Positions 54,210-63,430 of a stretch of DNA of 64,000 nt are shown here, piece by piece. Position 1 is the stretch's first letter; each line of letters opens with the position of its first letter. The DNA comes from an uncultured Bifidobacteriaceae bacterium (lineage in GTDB: Bacteria > Acidobacteriota > Vicinamibacteria > Vicinamibacterales > JAENWD01). The translations under genes were made by a program, and so were the position numbers. The stretch spans positions 38,788 to 102,787 of the forward strand of contig CAYUPN010000002.1 of assembly GCA_964446605.1 (NCBI GenBank). The letters are read 5' to 3'. Below the pieces are notes generated by a model. The model did not search any database and was not told where the DNA came from. It saw only the letters and a program-made list of their open reading frames with translations.

Positions 54210-55461
54210 GCTCGCGGTAGAGATCGCCGAATCGGCGCTGGATCACCCGCCAGTCGAACCGCTCCTCCAGGAGCCGCCGTCCAGCGTCGCCGTACGCCCC
54301 CCACCTGTCCCGCTCGCGGATCGCGGTCGCGAGCGTGCCGGCCAGCGCATCCGGTGAACCCGGATCGACCAGCCAGCCGGTCGCGCCCGGCGCGACCTTG
54401 TCCGGCAGCCCGCCCGCGCGGGTGGCGAGCACCGGCCGCCGGTGGAGCATCGCTTCCAGCGTCACGAGCGAGCTGCCCTCGTAGCGGGTCGGATGCACGA
54501 ACAGGTCCGCCGCGTCGTACCACGCGTGCAGCGTCCGATCGTCGACCCGTCCGGTGATCAACACGCGCGACGCGAGCCCCGACTCGTGCAGGCTGCGCTC
54601 GAGCGCCGGCCGCGCGGGGCCGTCCCCGACGAGCACCCAGCGCCACGCGACGTCGCCGGGCCATGTCGCCAGCGCGGCCGCCAGGTCGGCGAAGCCCTTG
54701 TTCGCCTCGATCCGGCCGACGCTCACGAGCAGCACGGCGTCGTCGCCAATCGCGGCGCGCTGCCGCACGGCGCGGCCGGCTGCGGGATCGACCAGATGGT
54801 CGAGGTCCTGCACGTCGAGCCCGTTCGGGATCACGCGGACCACGTCCTCGGCGACGGGGAGATGACGCCGCACGGCCGGCCGGATGGCTTCGTCGGTCGC
54901 GATCACCGCGTCGCTCGCGCGCGCCGTCCGCCGGACCACTGCCTGAAGCGGCGCGTACCCGAGCCCCTTCAGGCGCTGGCCCCCGTAGCGGCCGTCGGCG
55001 CCGCCGAACTCCTCGAGCCCCTGCGGGTTGAGCACGAGCGGCGCTCGCGCGCCGCGCGACCGTGCGGTCGCATAGCCCCAGGCGCTCGCGCCGACGCCAT
55101 AGACGACGTCCACCTCGCCGCGGGCCACCAGCCGCGCCACGGCGATCCCGGCGCGCCGTCCGAAGACCGGATACGCGGTGCTCCGATCGACGATGGTGGT
55201 GCCGCGGCGACCGGCGAGCGGAAACGTCCGGTACGGCACGAAGCAGGCGCTGAAGCGCGGATGACCGCCGACGATCCGCCAGCGATCCGGATCGACGCCC
55301 TGCGGCGCCGGCGGTGTGCGCGTGACGAGCGTCACGCGCCAGCCGGCGTCGAGGTGATGGCGGACGAGATCGTAGAGGTGCCGCTCGAGGCCGCCGATGC
55401 CGTGCAGCGCGTACACGGACCGGCCCAGCACGGCGACCCGGAGCGGCCGCTCCTCAGCCAT
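54172..55461 (-). CDS. Glycosyltransferase family 4
   Basis: GGLERH, IPNG, VGR...KG, EGSSLVTLEAM. Confidence 0.9.
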   Translation of the reverse strand: MAEERPLRVAVLGRSVYALHGIGGLERHLYDLVRHHLDAGWRVTLVTRTPPAPQGVDPDRWRIVGGHPRFSACFVPYRTFPLAGRRGTTIVDRSTAYPVFGRRAGIAVARLVARGEVDVVYGVGASAWGYATARSRGARAPLVLNPQGLEEFGGADGRYGGQRLKGLGYAPLQAVVRRTARASDAVIATDEAIRPAVRRHLPVAEDVVRVIPNGLDVQDLDHLVDPAAGRAVRQRAAIGDDAVLLVSVGRIEANKGFADLAAALATWPGDVAWRWVLVGDGPARPALERSLHESGLASRVLITGRVDDRTLHAWYDAADLFVHPTRYEGSSLVTLEAMLHRRPVLATRAGGLPDKVAPGATGWLVDPGSPDALAGTLATAIRERDRWGAYGDAGRRLLEERFDWRVIQRRFGDLYRELIARDAGSRRDV

Positions 55462-56725
55462 GCGCCGCTCCGGCCTTCGCGCGTACGACCTCCGAGTACA
55501 CGCCGAGAATCCGGTCCACGACCGTGGACGCCGCGAAGGTCGCCTCCACGTGCGCCCGGAGCTGCCGGCCGAGCGTGTCCGCGAGATTGCGATCCGTGGC
55601 GAGCCTGGCGGCATCGGCGGCGAGCGCGTCGGGGTCGGCCGAGAGCAGCCCGGTCACGTCATGCCGGATGATGTCGCGCGTGCCGCCCGTGTCCATGGCG
55701 GCGACCGGAATGCCCAGCGCGCCGGCCTCGAGGAGCACGCGGCTGAGCGACTCGGGGCCGTGCGACGGAAAGAGCAGCAGGCGCGCGTGCGCGACGCATC
55801 CGAGCGCCGCGTCGCGCGGCAGCCAGCCCATGAAGCGCGCGTCGATGCCGGCACGGCGCGCCTCCGCCTCCATCGCCGCACGCAGTTGTCCATCGCCGGC
55901 CACCACGAGCGGCCACGGCAGCTTCGCGCGCTCGAAGACGCGGAGCAGATGCTGCGCCCCCTTGTTCGGCTCGAGCTTCCCGCTGAACACGGCGTACGGC
56001 CCGTCGATCGGCGGCGGCGATTCGGCCGCGGCGCTCCGGATCGCGTCGAGGTCCACCGGGTTCGGGATCCGGCGAATGGCGCCTTCCGGCAGTTCGGGCG
56101 CGCGCGCCGCCAGATCCGCCGCCATGGCCGTGCTGACGGCGATGACGGCATCGGCCTCCGCCAGCGCGCGGCGCTTGCGGGCGAGGTTGGCGCGCATGTA
56201 CGGGATGAGCGGCCACGCCATCGGCGCCGCCGCGCCGGCGCGCGCATGCAGGCATCGCCGCATGTTGGCGGGCGTGCAGGCCGGACAGAGCGCCGCGGCG
56301 CCCCGATCCCGAATCAGATCGGACCAGTAGCAGACCGGCCAGTAGTCCCGGACTGTCGCAACCACCGGGATGCCCGCACCCCGCGCGGCGCGGACGGCCG
56401 GCGCCGTGCTCAGCACGTGCTGGGCGTGGACCACGTCGACCGGGTCGCGGGCGAGCCGCGCGGCGAGCCGGCCGGCAACGTGCCGCCAGAGACGCTCGTT
56501 CTTGAAGTAGTTGCGCACGAACGGCACGCGCGGCGCCGGCGCCGCGATCTCCTCCACCGTGAAGCCGTCGTACTCGTGGCGGGCGTCCCGTGCGGTTCCG
56601 GGGCGCGGCCGGACGAGGGCCACGTCCACGCCTCGCGCGCGCAGGCCACGCGCCAGCTCGTACGTGCTCCAGCCGCTGCCGCCGCAGTGCGGCGGGAACG
56701 AGTCGGTTACGAGCAGGACGCGCAC
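55454..56725 (-). CDS. Glycosyltransferase family 4
   Basis: FPP..GG, IPNP, KG, ESLSRVLLEA; Cys-rich insert. Confidence 0.9.
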   Translation of the reverse strand: MRVLLVTDSFPPHCGGSGWSTYELARGLRARGVDVALVRPRPGTARDARHEYDGFTVEEIAAPAPRVPFVRNYFKNERLWRHVAGRLAARLARDPVDVVHAQHVLSTAPAVRAARGAGIPVVATVRDYWPVCYWSDLIRDRGAAALCPACTPANMRRCLHARAGAAAPMAWPLIPYMRANLARKRRALAEADAVIAVSTAMAADLAARAPELPEGAIRRIPNPVDLDAIRSAAAESPPPIDGPYAVFSGKLEPNKGAQHLLRVFERAKLPWPLVVAGDGQLRAAMEAEARRAGIDARFMGWLPRDAALGCVAHARLLLFPSHGPESLSRVLLEAGALGIPVAAMDTGGTRDIIRHDVTGLLSADPDALAADAARLATDRNLADTLGRQLRAHVEATFAASTVVDRILGVYSEVVRAKAGAAHG

Positions 56726-56732
56726 CGGTTCA

Positions 56733-57905
56733 TTATTGCGGATCGCGGCGGCGTGCCCGGTCCGCGGCCACACGCGCGAACGCCGCGTCCAGCGCCGCAC
56801 AGTGGGCCTCCCAGCTGTAGTCGCGCTCGGCTCGCGCACGGGCCTGACGTCCCAGTGCGGCCCGGTCTCGCTCCAGCATCGCGGCGAGCGCGTCGGCGAG
56901 CGCGCCCGGCGTGGCCGGTTCGTAGAGCAGCCCTTCGACGCCGTCGGCAACGAGCGCGCGCAGCCGCGGGAGGGCCGGTGCGACCACGGGCAGGCCGGAG
57001 GCCATGTACTCGAAGATCTTGAGCGGCGACCAGTAGAACGCCAGTTGCAGCGGCGGATGGCGCGCGACGTCGAACGGCGCGACGCCGATATCGGCCGCGG
57101 CCAGCGCCGCCGGCATCGCGTCATGGGGCAGCGGGCCGGTGAACGTCACCCCCGTCAGCCCGCGCGCGGCCTCCATTGCCGCCGGCCGCTCCGGGCCGTC
57201 GCCGATCAGGACGGCGTGCAGGTGCGTGATGCCGCGTTCCCTGAGCAGCCGCACGGCCTCGACGAGCGTCGCGGCGCCGTGCCACGCGCGGAACGCGCCC
57301 GCGAAGATCGCGACCACCGATCCCGGCTCTCGCGTCCAGGGGGGGACGCCGGCGGCATCGGGCCGGAATCTCCGCGTGTCGGCGCCCCATTCGATCTCCA
57401 GCACCCGCTCCGGCGGTGTCCAGTCCGGCAGTACCGCGGCGCTCGGCGTGACGATCAGATCGGCCGCTGCGACCTGCCGCTCCCGCCAGCGCCGCATCGG
57501 CTGCGCCAGCAGCAGGCGGTCGAGCGTGGCTTTCGGAGAGCCCGCATAGTCGACCACCGGTGCGTTGACCTCGAGCACGTAGGCGGCGCCGGACGCGCGC
57601 GCGGCCAGCATGCCCTCGCCGCCGAAGTTGTGGTACCGCTCGACGACGACGTCGGGGCGCAGCGTCCTCGCGAGCCGGCGGGCCGCCGGCGCGCGGAGCA
57701 GCCGCAGGTGCGGCCGCCGCAAGGGGGCGGCCACGGCATGCCAGTGCACACCCGTGGGCGGCACGCCCGGGCCGGGCGCCGTGAGCACGTGGACTTCGTG
57801 CCCGTGCCGGGCAAGCCCCTCGGCCACCGAGGCGACGTGCACCGATCCGCCGAGCGTGCCGGGCACCTGCTGGTCGATGGCGGAGTAGAGGATGCGGAGC
57901 GGCAC
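56733..57905 (-). CDS. Glycosyltransferase family 4
   Basis: GGSVHV, EVNAP, SPLKIFEYMASGLPVV. Confidence 0.9.
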   Translation of the reverse strand: MPLRILYSAIDQQVPGTLGGSVHVASVAEGLARHGHEVHVLTAPGPGVPPTGVHWHAVAAPLRRPHLRLLRAPAARRLARTLRPDVVVERYHNFGGEGMLAARASGAAYVLEVNAPVVDYAGSPKATLDRLLLAQPMRRWRERQVAAADLIVTPSAAVLPDWTPPERVLEIEWGADTRRFRPDAAGVPPWTREPGSVVAIFAGAFRAWHGAATLVEAVRLLRERGITHLHAVLIGDGPERPAAMEAARGLTGVTFTGPLPHDAMPAALAAADIGVAPFDVARHPPLQLAFYWSPLKIFEYMASGLPVVAPALPRLRALVADGVEGLLYEPATPGALADALAAMLERDRAALGRQARARAERDYSWEAHCAALDAAFARVAADRARRRDPQ

Positions 57906-57911
57906 GGCAGA

Positions 57912-58979
57912 TCAGCGCGGCGCGCCGGGCACGCGCTCGAGCAGCGCGAAGAACGGTCCCGTGCGGACGCGCCCGAACAGCCGGACGTCGATCGTCGTCA
58001 GCACGGTGATCGCCTGCAGCATCCGCAGGAGCACGCCGCCCCGCGCCAGTCGGCGCTTGGCGGCGAGCCGGGCCGCGCGCGCTTCGGCGTCTCCATCCCT
58101 CGCGGATGCGGCCGATTCGCCGCGCGCGCTCCCGCGCGTGGTCCAGCGCCCGAGGGCCCGCTCCGCCATCCGCATCAGCACGTTCTCGACGAAGGCGCCG
58201 ACGAGCGGTGTGTAGTAGCGGATCATCGCGATGCGGAACCCGGCGGCTCCCACCGTCCGCTCGAGGTCCGGGATGTCGGCGAGCGGGTTCAGGTGATCGG
58301 ACTTCCGCAGGCGCTCCCGTTCGAGATCGACCAGCCCGACGCGCTCGAGCCCGTGCGCGAGCGCGTTGATGGCGCGCAGTCCCCGCGCGAGCGGTGAGTT
58401 CTTCCGCACGTGCGAGTAGACGAACACGCGCCCGCCCGGCCGCACCACGCGCGCCATCTCGGCGAGCACGCCGGCCAGGCCGTCGCGCGACAGGTGCTCG
58501 AAGACGTCGAGCGCGTACCCCTTGTCGAACACGCCGTCGGCGAAGGGAAGCCGGCGGAGATCGCCGAGCACCAGGTCGCTGCCTTCCAGCGCCTCGTGCG
58601 CGAAGTACGGCGCGACGTCCACGCCGACGAGCGAGGCGCCGCTGCCGGCGTTCCACACGAGCGAGCGCCCGCTCCCGCATCCGAAGTCGAGCGCCGTCTC
58701 GCCGGGGCGCAGCGCCAGCATGCGCCGCAGCATCCACTGGCGGACGCCGGCCTGCAGCAGCGGGGGCGACACGGTCTCGTGCCGCGCATCCGCGTGCAGC
58801 GCCTCCTCCGTGTACAGCGTCGTCTGGTCGAACGTGCCGGCAGGACGCAGATCCAGATAGCCGGGTCCGCGCGCGAAGCGGCGTCCGCAGCCCTCACAGG
58901 TCAGCGCGTCGGCATCGGCCGCCAGGCGGCCCCGGCAGTCCGGACAGCAGATCAGCTGCAGGAGCGTGTCCGAGATCAC
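57912..58979 (-). CDS. Trm112-like zinc ribbon fused to class I SAM methyltransferase
   Basis: CCPDC..CEGC; LDFGCGSG, LPFADGVFD, RVVRPGG. Confidence 0.85.
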   Translation of the reverse strand: MISDTLLQLICCPDCRGRLAADADALTCEGCGRRFARGPGYLDLRPAGTFDQTTLYTEEALHADARHETVSPPLLQAGVRQWMLRRMLALRPGETALDFGCGSGRSLVWNAGSGASLVGVDVAPYFAHEALEGSDLVLGDLRRLPFADGVFDKGYALDVFEHLSRDGLAGVLAEMARVVRPGGRVFVYSHVRKNSPLARGLRAINALAHGLERVGLVDLERERLRKSDHLNPLADIPDLERTVGAAGFRIAMIRYYTPLVGAFVENVLMRMAERALGRWTTRGSARGESAASARDGDAEARAARLAAKRRLARGGVLLRMLQAITVLTTIDVRLFGRVRTGPFFALLERVPGAPR

Positions 58980-60169
58980 GCCTCCGCTCCGGCCGCACGG
59001 TCGAGAACGCCTTCGAGCCGCAGCGCGCGCGTGTCCCAGCCGTACTCCGCGGCGTCCTGCCGCGCTCGTTGCGCCAGGCGGCACGAGAGCTCCCGATCCT
59101 CGAGGAGCCGGCGGAGCCCGTCGGCGAGCGCCACCGGCGAGTCCGGCGGCACGAGCACGGCGTTCTCGTCGTGCCGCAGCACCTCCCGCAGCGCGTGCAG
59201 GTCCGAGGCGACAATCGGGCGTCCCATCGCCATGTACTCGAACAGCTTCAGCGGCGACGTGTACCGGTCCGAGATGTGCGTCCGCCGGTTCGGCAGCACC
59301 AGCACCCGCGCGCGCGCGAGCTCGTCGCGCACGGCCGCCGGCGGCACCCATCCGGCGAACGTCACGCGGTCTGCGACGCCGAGCTTCCGCGCACTCGCGT
59401 CCAGCCGGTCGCGGTCCACGCTCTCGCCCGGCTGGCCGCCGACGATGCGCGCGTGCACGCCGGGCAGGTGCGCGAGCGCCTCGATCAGGACGTCGACCCC
59501 CTTCCACGGATACAGATGCCCCGCGTACACGATGAGTGCGGGATTGCTCTCGGGAATGGGACCCGGTTCGCCGGCCAGCAGCCCCGGCCGCATGCCGTCG
59601 GGAATGACCGCCGCGTTCAGCCTGGTGCCGAAACGATCCTCCAGCTCCTGCTGGTGGACACGCGTGAGAGTCACGTAGCCCTGCGCCCGCCGCCACACGC
59701 GGCGTTCGCGGCGCGTCAGGCGGGCGAGGCGCGCCGTCGACGGCGGCGCCGCGGTCGACAGCAGACGCGGCAGCTCCACCGCCACCGCCGGCGCGTAGCC
59801 GTGCGCCTCGTACACCAGGGGCGCCCGGAGCGTGCCGAACGCCGGCGAGAGCAGCAGGTCCGCAATCCCGAGATCGCGCGTGAGCACCACGTCGACGCTC
59901 CGGCGCAGCGCGCGCGCGGCCGCGAGGACCATGTACGACGGCCTGCGCAGGCTCGCCGGCGTCCACGGGGCCGCGACGATCGTCAGGCGATCGACGCGCG
60001 AGGCGCCGTAGAACTCCCAGGGATCCCGCGCCGGCCGGGCCGTGTCGCGGCGAACGAACAGCGTGACCTCGTGATCGCGGGCGGCCAGCGCCCGGCAGGT
60101 CTCGAACGTCTGGACTCCGTTGGCGCGCTCGAGCGGGAATCGGATGTCGGCGAGATACAGGATGCGCAC
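58976..60169 (-). CDS. Glycosyltransferase family 4
   Basis: ANGVQT, YAGHLYPWKG, SPLKLFEYMAMGRPIV. Confidence 0.9.
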   Translation of the reverse strand: MRILYLADIRFPLERANGVQTFETCRALAARDHEVTLFVRRDTARPARDPWEFYGASRVDRLTIVAAPWTPASLRRPSYMVLAAARALRRSVDVVLTRDLGIADLLLSPAFGTLRAPLVYEAHGYAPAVAVELPRLLSTAAPPSTARLARLTRRERRVWRRAQGYVTLTRVHQQELEDRFGTRLNAAVIPDGMRPGLLAGEPGPIPESNPALIVYAGHLYPWKGVDVLIEALAHLPGVHARIVGGQPGESVDRDRLDASARKLGVADRVTFAGWVPPAAVRDELARARVLVLPNRRTHISDRYTSPLKLFEYMAMGRPIVASDLHALREVLRHDENAVLVPPDSPVALADGLRRLLEDRELSCRLAQRARQDAAEYGWDTRALRLEGVLDRAAGAEA

Positions 60170-60214
60170 GCGACGCCTATTATGGGGCACCGGTGCCGCG
60201 GCTGCGGCAGCCGG

Positions 60215-61636
60215 CTACGGCTGCCCGGGACGGTGCGCGTAGAACGAGGCGCGCTCGAAGAGAAAGCGGTACGTCAGTTCCGGCAGCCGCGCCGGGAGCT
60301 CGACGAAGGCCACGCGGGCCGCCTCCGGGACGTCGAGCCGGTGGCGATCCATCAGGCCCGCGCCGAACTGCACCATCAGCGCCAGATTCCAGTAGACGCA
60401 CAGCGCCGCGGCGGCAAGCGTCAACCCGCGTGCCCGGCCGCGTACCCGGTCGAACAGCACGAGCAGCCCGATGACGAGCAGCGGCGTCAGGCTGACGAAC
60501 CGGCGCTGCCCGAACGCGCCCGCGGCGCTCCACGACGCCACGCTGCCCGCCACGTAGATCTGCCCCGCCGCGCCGAGCAGCAGCAGCAGACCGAGCCGTC
60601 GCTGATCGCCGGCGCCGCCACTCCGCTGCGGCGCCGCGACCAGCAGCACCAGGCCGGCCGCCGCCAGCAGCGCCAGCGGCGTCCACAGCAGGAAGCCGTG
60701 CTGCGGGGACGCGAGCACGTCGAGCGCGTGCGGCGAGGTCCAGTACATCTTGCGCGCGACGAGACGCGACGGGCCGATGCGGCCGTTGAGCGAGAGGTAC
60801 GCGAGCGCCTGCGGCAGGAACGCCAGCAGGCCGGCCGCGATCCCGGCGGCAGCCGCGCGCAGCAGATGCAGGCGCCCGTGATGGCCGGCGGTGCCGGACG
60901 CGGGGGTCGTCGTCGCGAACGTCAGCGCGAAGTCGACGGCCACCAGCGGCACGTAGAACGCATCCTGCTCGCGCACCATCGTCATCAGCGCGGCGCAGGC
61001 GCCGAGCGCCGCCGTGCCGGCGACGCTCCAGTTCCGCCGGACCAGCAGCCAGACGAGCAGGAACAGCGAGGTCGCGAACGCCGACGTCGCGTGCGCCATC
61101 ACCGGCGACAGATACATGTAGAACGCCAGCGGGGTGCCGAACCAGACCGCCAGCGCCGCGGCAGCGGCGGGGAGCAGCGGCGGCTCGTAACCGAGTATCT
61201 GGCGTCCCGCGCGCAGGCTGACGACGAGCGCCAGCCATCCGTAGAGCGCCGAGGCGAGGCAGACCGCGGCGATATAGGGGAGCGAGTAGCCGTCGGCGTC
61301 GTGCACGCCGCTGAGCCGGGCCCACGCATGCCCCACGGCGTAGAACGGCGCCCAGAGAATCGCCGATCCGATCGTGCCGAAGTTGATGTGCTGTCCGGTC
61401 TCGGTCCGGCGCTCGAGGAAGGTCTCGTGGAAGCCGTGCGCCCGCGCGATGCCGCGGTCGTGGAACTGCGCGTACTCGTTGCCGAACGCCACGTCGCCGT
61501 CGAACCAGATCGAACGCAGGTACGAGAAGTACTGCACTTCGTCCGACGCGAAGAGGCGCGGCGTGATCAGCGGGGTGGTGAGCAGGAACAGCAGCCCGAG
61601 CAGGCCGGCCGTCGAACGCCGGCGTGAGGCAGGCAT
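60215..61636 (-). CDS. Polytopic GT-C (PMT/ArnT-like) glycosyltransferase
   Basis: SDE motif after TM1, many TM helices, HGFLLWTP, FGQRRF. Confidence 0.7.
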   Translation of the reverse strand: MPASRRRSTAGLLGLLFLLTTPLITPRLFASDEVQYFSYLRSIWFDGDVAFGNEYAQFHDRGIARAHGFHETFLERRTETGQHINFGTIGSAILWAPFYAVGHAWARLSGVHDADGYSLPYIAAVCLASALYGWLALVVSLRAGRQILGYEPPLLPAAAAALAVWFGTPLAFYMYLSPVMAHATSAFATSLFLLVWLLVRRNWSVAGTAALGACAALMTMVREQDAFYVPLVAVDFALTFATTTPASGTAGHHGRLHLLRAAAAGIAAGLLAFLPQALAYLSLNGRIGPSRLVARKMYWTSPHALDVLASPQHGFLLWTPLALLAAAGLVLLVAAPQRSGGAGDQRRLGLLLLLGAAGQIYVAGSVASWSAAGAFGQRRFVSLTPLLVIGLLVLFDRVRGRARGLTLAAAALCVYWNLALMVQFGAGLMDRHRLDVPEAARVAFVELPARLPELTYRFLFERASFYAHRPGQP

Positions 61637-61646
61637 CCCGCCAATC

Positions 61647-62432
61647 CTACACGCTGCCGGGCCCGATGAGGAGATATCGCAGGATCTCCTGCCCGTTGAA
61701 GCCGGCGTGGCTGGTCACCGACGCCAGCACGCTGCGCCGCCACAGATACATCGCGCCCCAGATCAGTCCCAGCACCGCCGTCGCGATGCCCGCGTCGAGC
61801 CCCTGGACGATGTGCCCGACGCCGAACGCTGCGCTCGTCACGAGCAGGCCCACGGTGGCGCCCCCGAGATGCCGCTCGAAACGCGTGATCAGGAACGCGC
61901 GCTGCAGTTCCTCGCGTACGCCGCCGCCGATGAGCGCGACGACGGCGAAGAGCCACGCCTCCAGCGGCGACTGCAGCAACTGTGCGAAGGGATTGACGGG
62001 CACGTTGTGCAGCCACGGCGCCAGCCGCCGCACCAGCAGGATGAGCCCCGTCGTCAGCAGGAGCAGCGGGATGACAGTGATGATGCCGAGCGGAATCTCC
62101 GTCGCGGGCCGGCGCCGGCCGAGGAACACCTCGCGCGCCGACTCGCCCTCGTAGCGCAGGATCAGCAGGATCAGGCCGAGCAACAGCACCGTGTCGGCCA
62201 GCGACAAGGTGAACACCCAGGTGATGTTGAGCCGCTCGTCGTCCAGGAAGGGACGATGTCCGAGCAGCGCGAGGACCTGCACGATCAGCAGCTGCGTCGG
62301 AATCCCGGAGCAGAGCAGGATTTCCAGCAGGGCCCGCACGCGAGGGGAGCCTGCCGGGTGCACGGCTGGCGCAGGTGGCGCGCCGCCGGCGGGCGGTCCC
62401 GGATCGCCCGGCCCATCGGGATGCCAGGTCAT
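61647..62432 (-). CDS. CPBP-family intramembrane glutamic endopeptidase
   Basis: EExxxR (REELQR), FGVGH, SHAGFN. Confidence 0.85.
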   Translation of the reverse strand: MTWHPDGPGDPGPPAGGAPPAPAVHPAGSPRVRALLEILLCSGIPTQLLIVQVLALLGHRPFLDDERLNITWVFTLSLADTVLLLGLILLILRYEGESAREVFLGRRRPATEIPLGIITVIPLLLLTTGLILLVRRLAPWLHNVPVNPFAQLLQSPLEAWLFAVVALIGGGVREELQRAFLITRFERHLGGATVGLLVTSAAFGVGHIVQGLDAGIATAVLGLIWGAMYLWRRSVLASVTSHAGFNGQEILRYLLIGPGSV

Positions 62433-62467
62433 GTCCGTGCGATCCGGCGGTTCCGACCCGGGGCCCT

Positions 62468-63280
62468 TCAGCGGTCCAGCCGCACGCGCACCGGTACGGC
62501 CTCCGACAGGCGGACCGTGACCGGCGTGCCCGACGAGAGCTGCACTTCCTCGCCGCGCGTTGCGAGCACGGCGCCCGTGCCGGCCCCCGCACCGACGGCC
62601 GATCCGATGGCGGCTCCCTTTCCGCCGCCGACGATGCCGCCGACGATCGCGCCGGCCCCGGCGCCGATGCCGATCTTCGTCGCGTCCTCCTTCTTCGTGC
62701 CGCGCGCGTTCCGGATCACCGACGACGTGCGGATGCGATACGACTCGCCGTCCACCTCGACGTCCGTGAAGCGGAACGCCAGCCGCGCCCGGCCCTTCAC
62801 CTTGCCGGATCGCTCGGCCACCGTGACGACGCCACGCAGTACCGTGCCTGCCGGCAGCACCTTCACGCCGTCGACGGCGACGTCGCGCCGGAGCGTGGCC
62901 CGGACCGGATCTTCGAGCGACGCCGTATCGGAGGCCAGTGCCGTCTCGAGCCGCAGCGGCAGCTCCGTGCCCGCCGGCAGCGTGATCGGCCGGATCGTGG
63001 GTGCGGCAGCGGCCGTCCCGCCTGGCGCCGCGTCGGGCGTGAGCCGCGATACCGGCGAGCGGCCCCCGGGTGCGGGCGCCGCGCTGTCGTCGCCGGACGG
63101 CGCCGGCGGTGCAGGAGCGGGCGCGTCGGCGGCCGGTGCGGCTTCGTCGGTCTGGGCCGGCGCCTGAGCGTCCTGCGCGGGCGGGGGCGGTGCCGTGCCG
63201 TCGCCCGCGGGCGCGGGATCACCGCCGCATCCGACGGCGATCGCCGCGGCGACGAGGGCTGTCAGCAAGCTGGTTCGCAT
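62468..63280 (-). CDS. Pro/Ala-rich lipoprotein with glycine zipper
   Basis: Lipobox AVG-C, LPAGT repeats, GAGAGAIVGGIVGGGKGAAIG; GGAGGAGG RBS. Confidence 0.8.
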   Translation of the reverse strand: MRTSLLTALVAAAIAVGCGGDPAPAGDGTAPPPPAQDAQAPAQTDEAAPAADAPAPAPPAPSGDDSAAPAPGGRSPVSRLTPDAAPGGTAAAAPTIRPITLPAGTELPLRLETALASDTASLEDPVRATLRRDVAVDGVKVLPAGTVLRGVVTVAERSGKVKGRARLAFRFTDVEVDGESYRIRTSSVIRNARGTKKEDATKIGIGAGAGAIVGGIVGGGKGAAIGSAVGAGAGTGAVLATRGEEVQLSSGTPVTVRLSEAVPVRVRLDR

Positions 63281-63312
63281 CTTGAAATGTCCTCCTCCGC
63301 GGCATGCGTTGC

Positions 63313-63356
63313 AGCAAGGGGCGGACCATGACAAAGTTACTCGAATCAAGGTCTTA
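63313..63356 (-). promoter_or_regulatory. Sigma-54 promoter (63313-63328) plus IHF consensus site (63344-63356)
   Basis: TGGTCCGCCCCTTGCT; AATCAAGGTCTTA matches WATCAANNNNTTR. Confidence 0.7.
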
Positions 63357-63430
63357 ACGGCTGTGTCATGCGGACGCCCGCGGACGGGTGACCGTGAATC
63401 GTGTAATTATTACCTCACAAGCAGGTCCCG

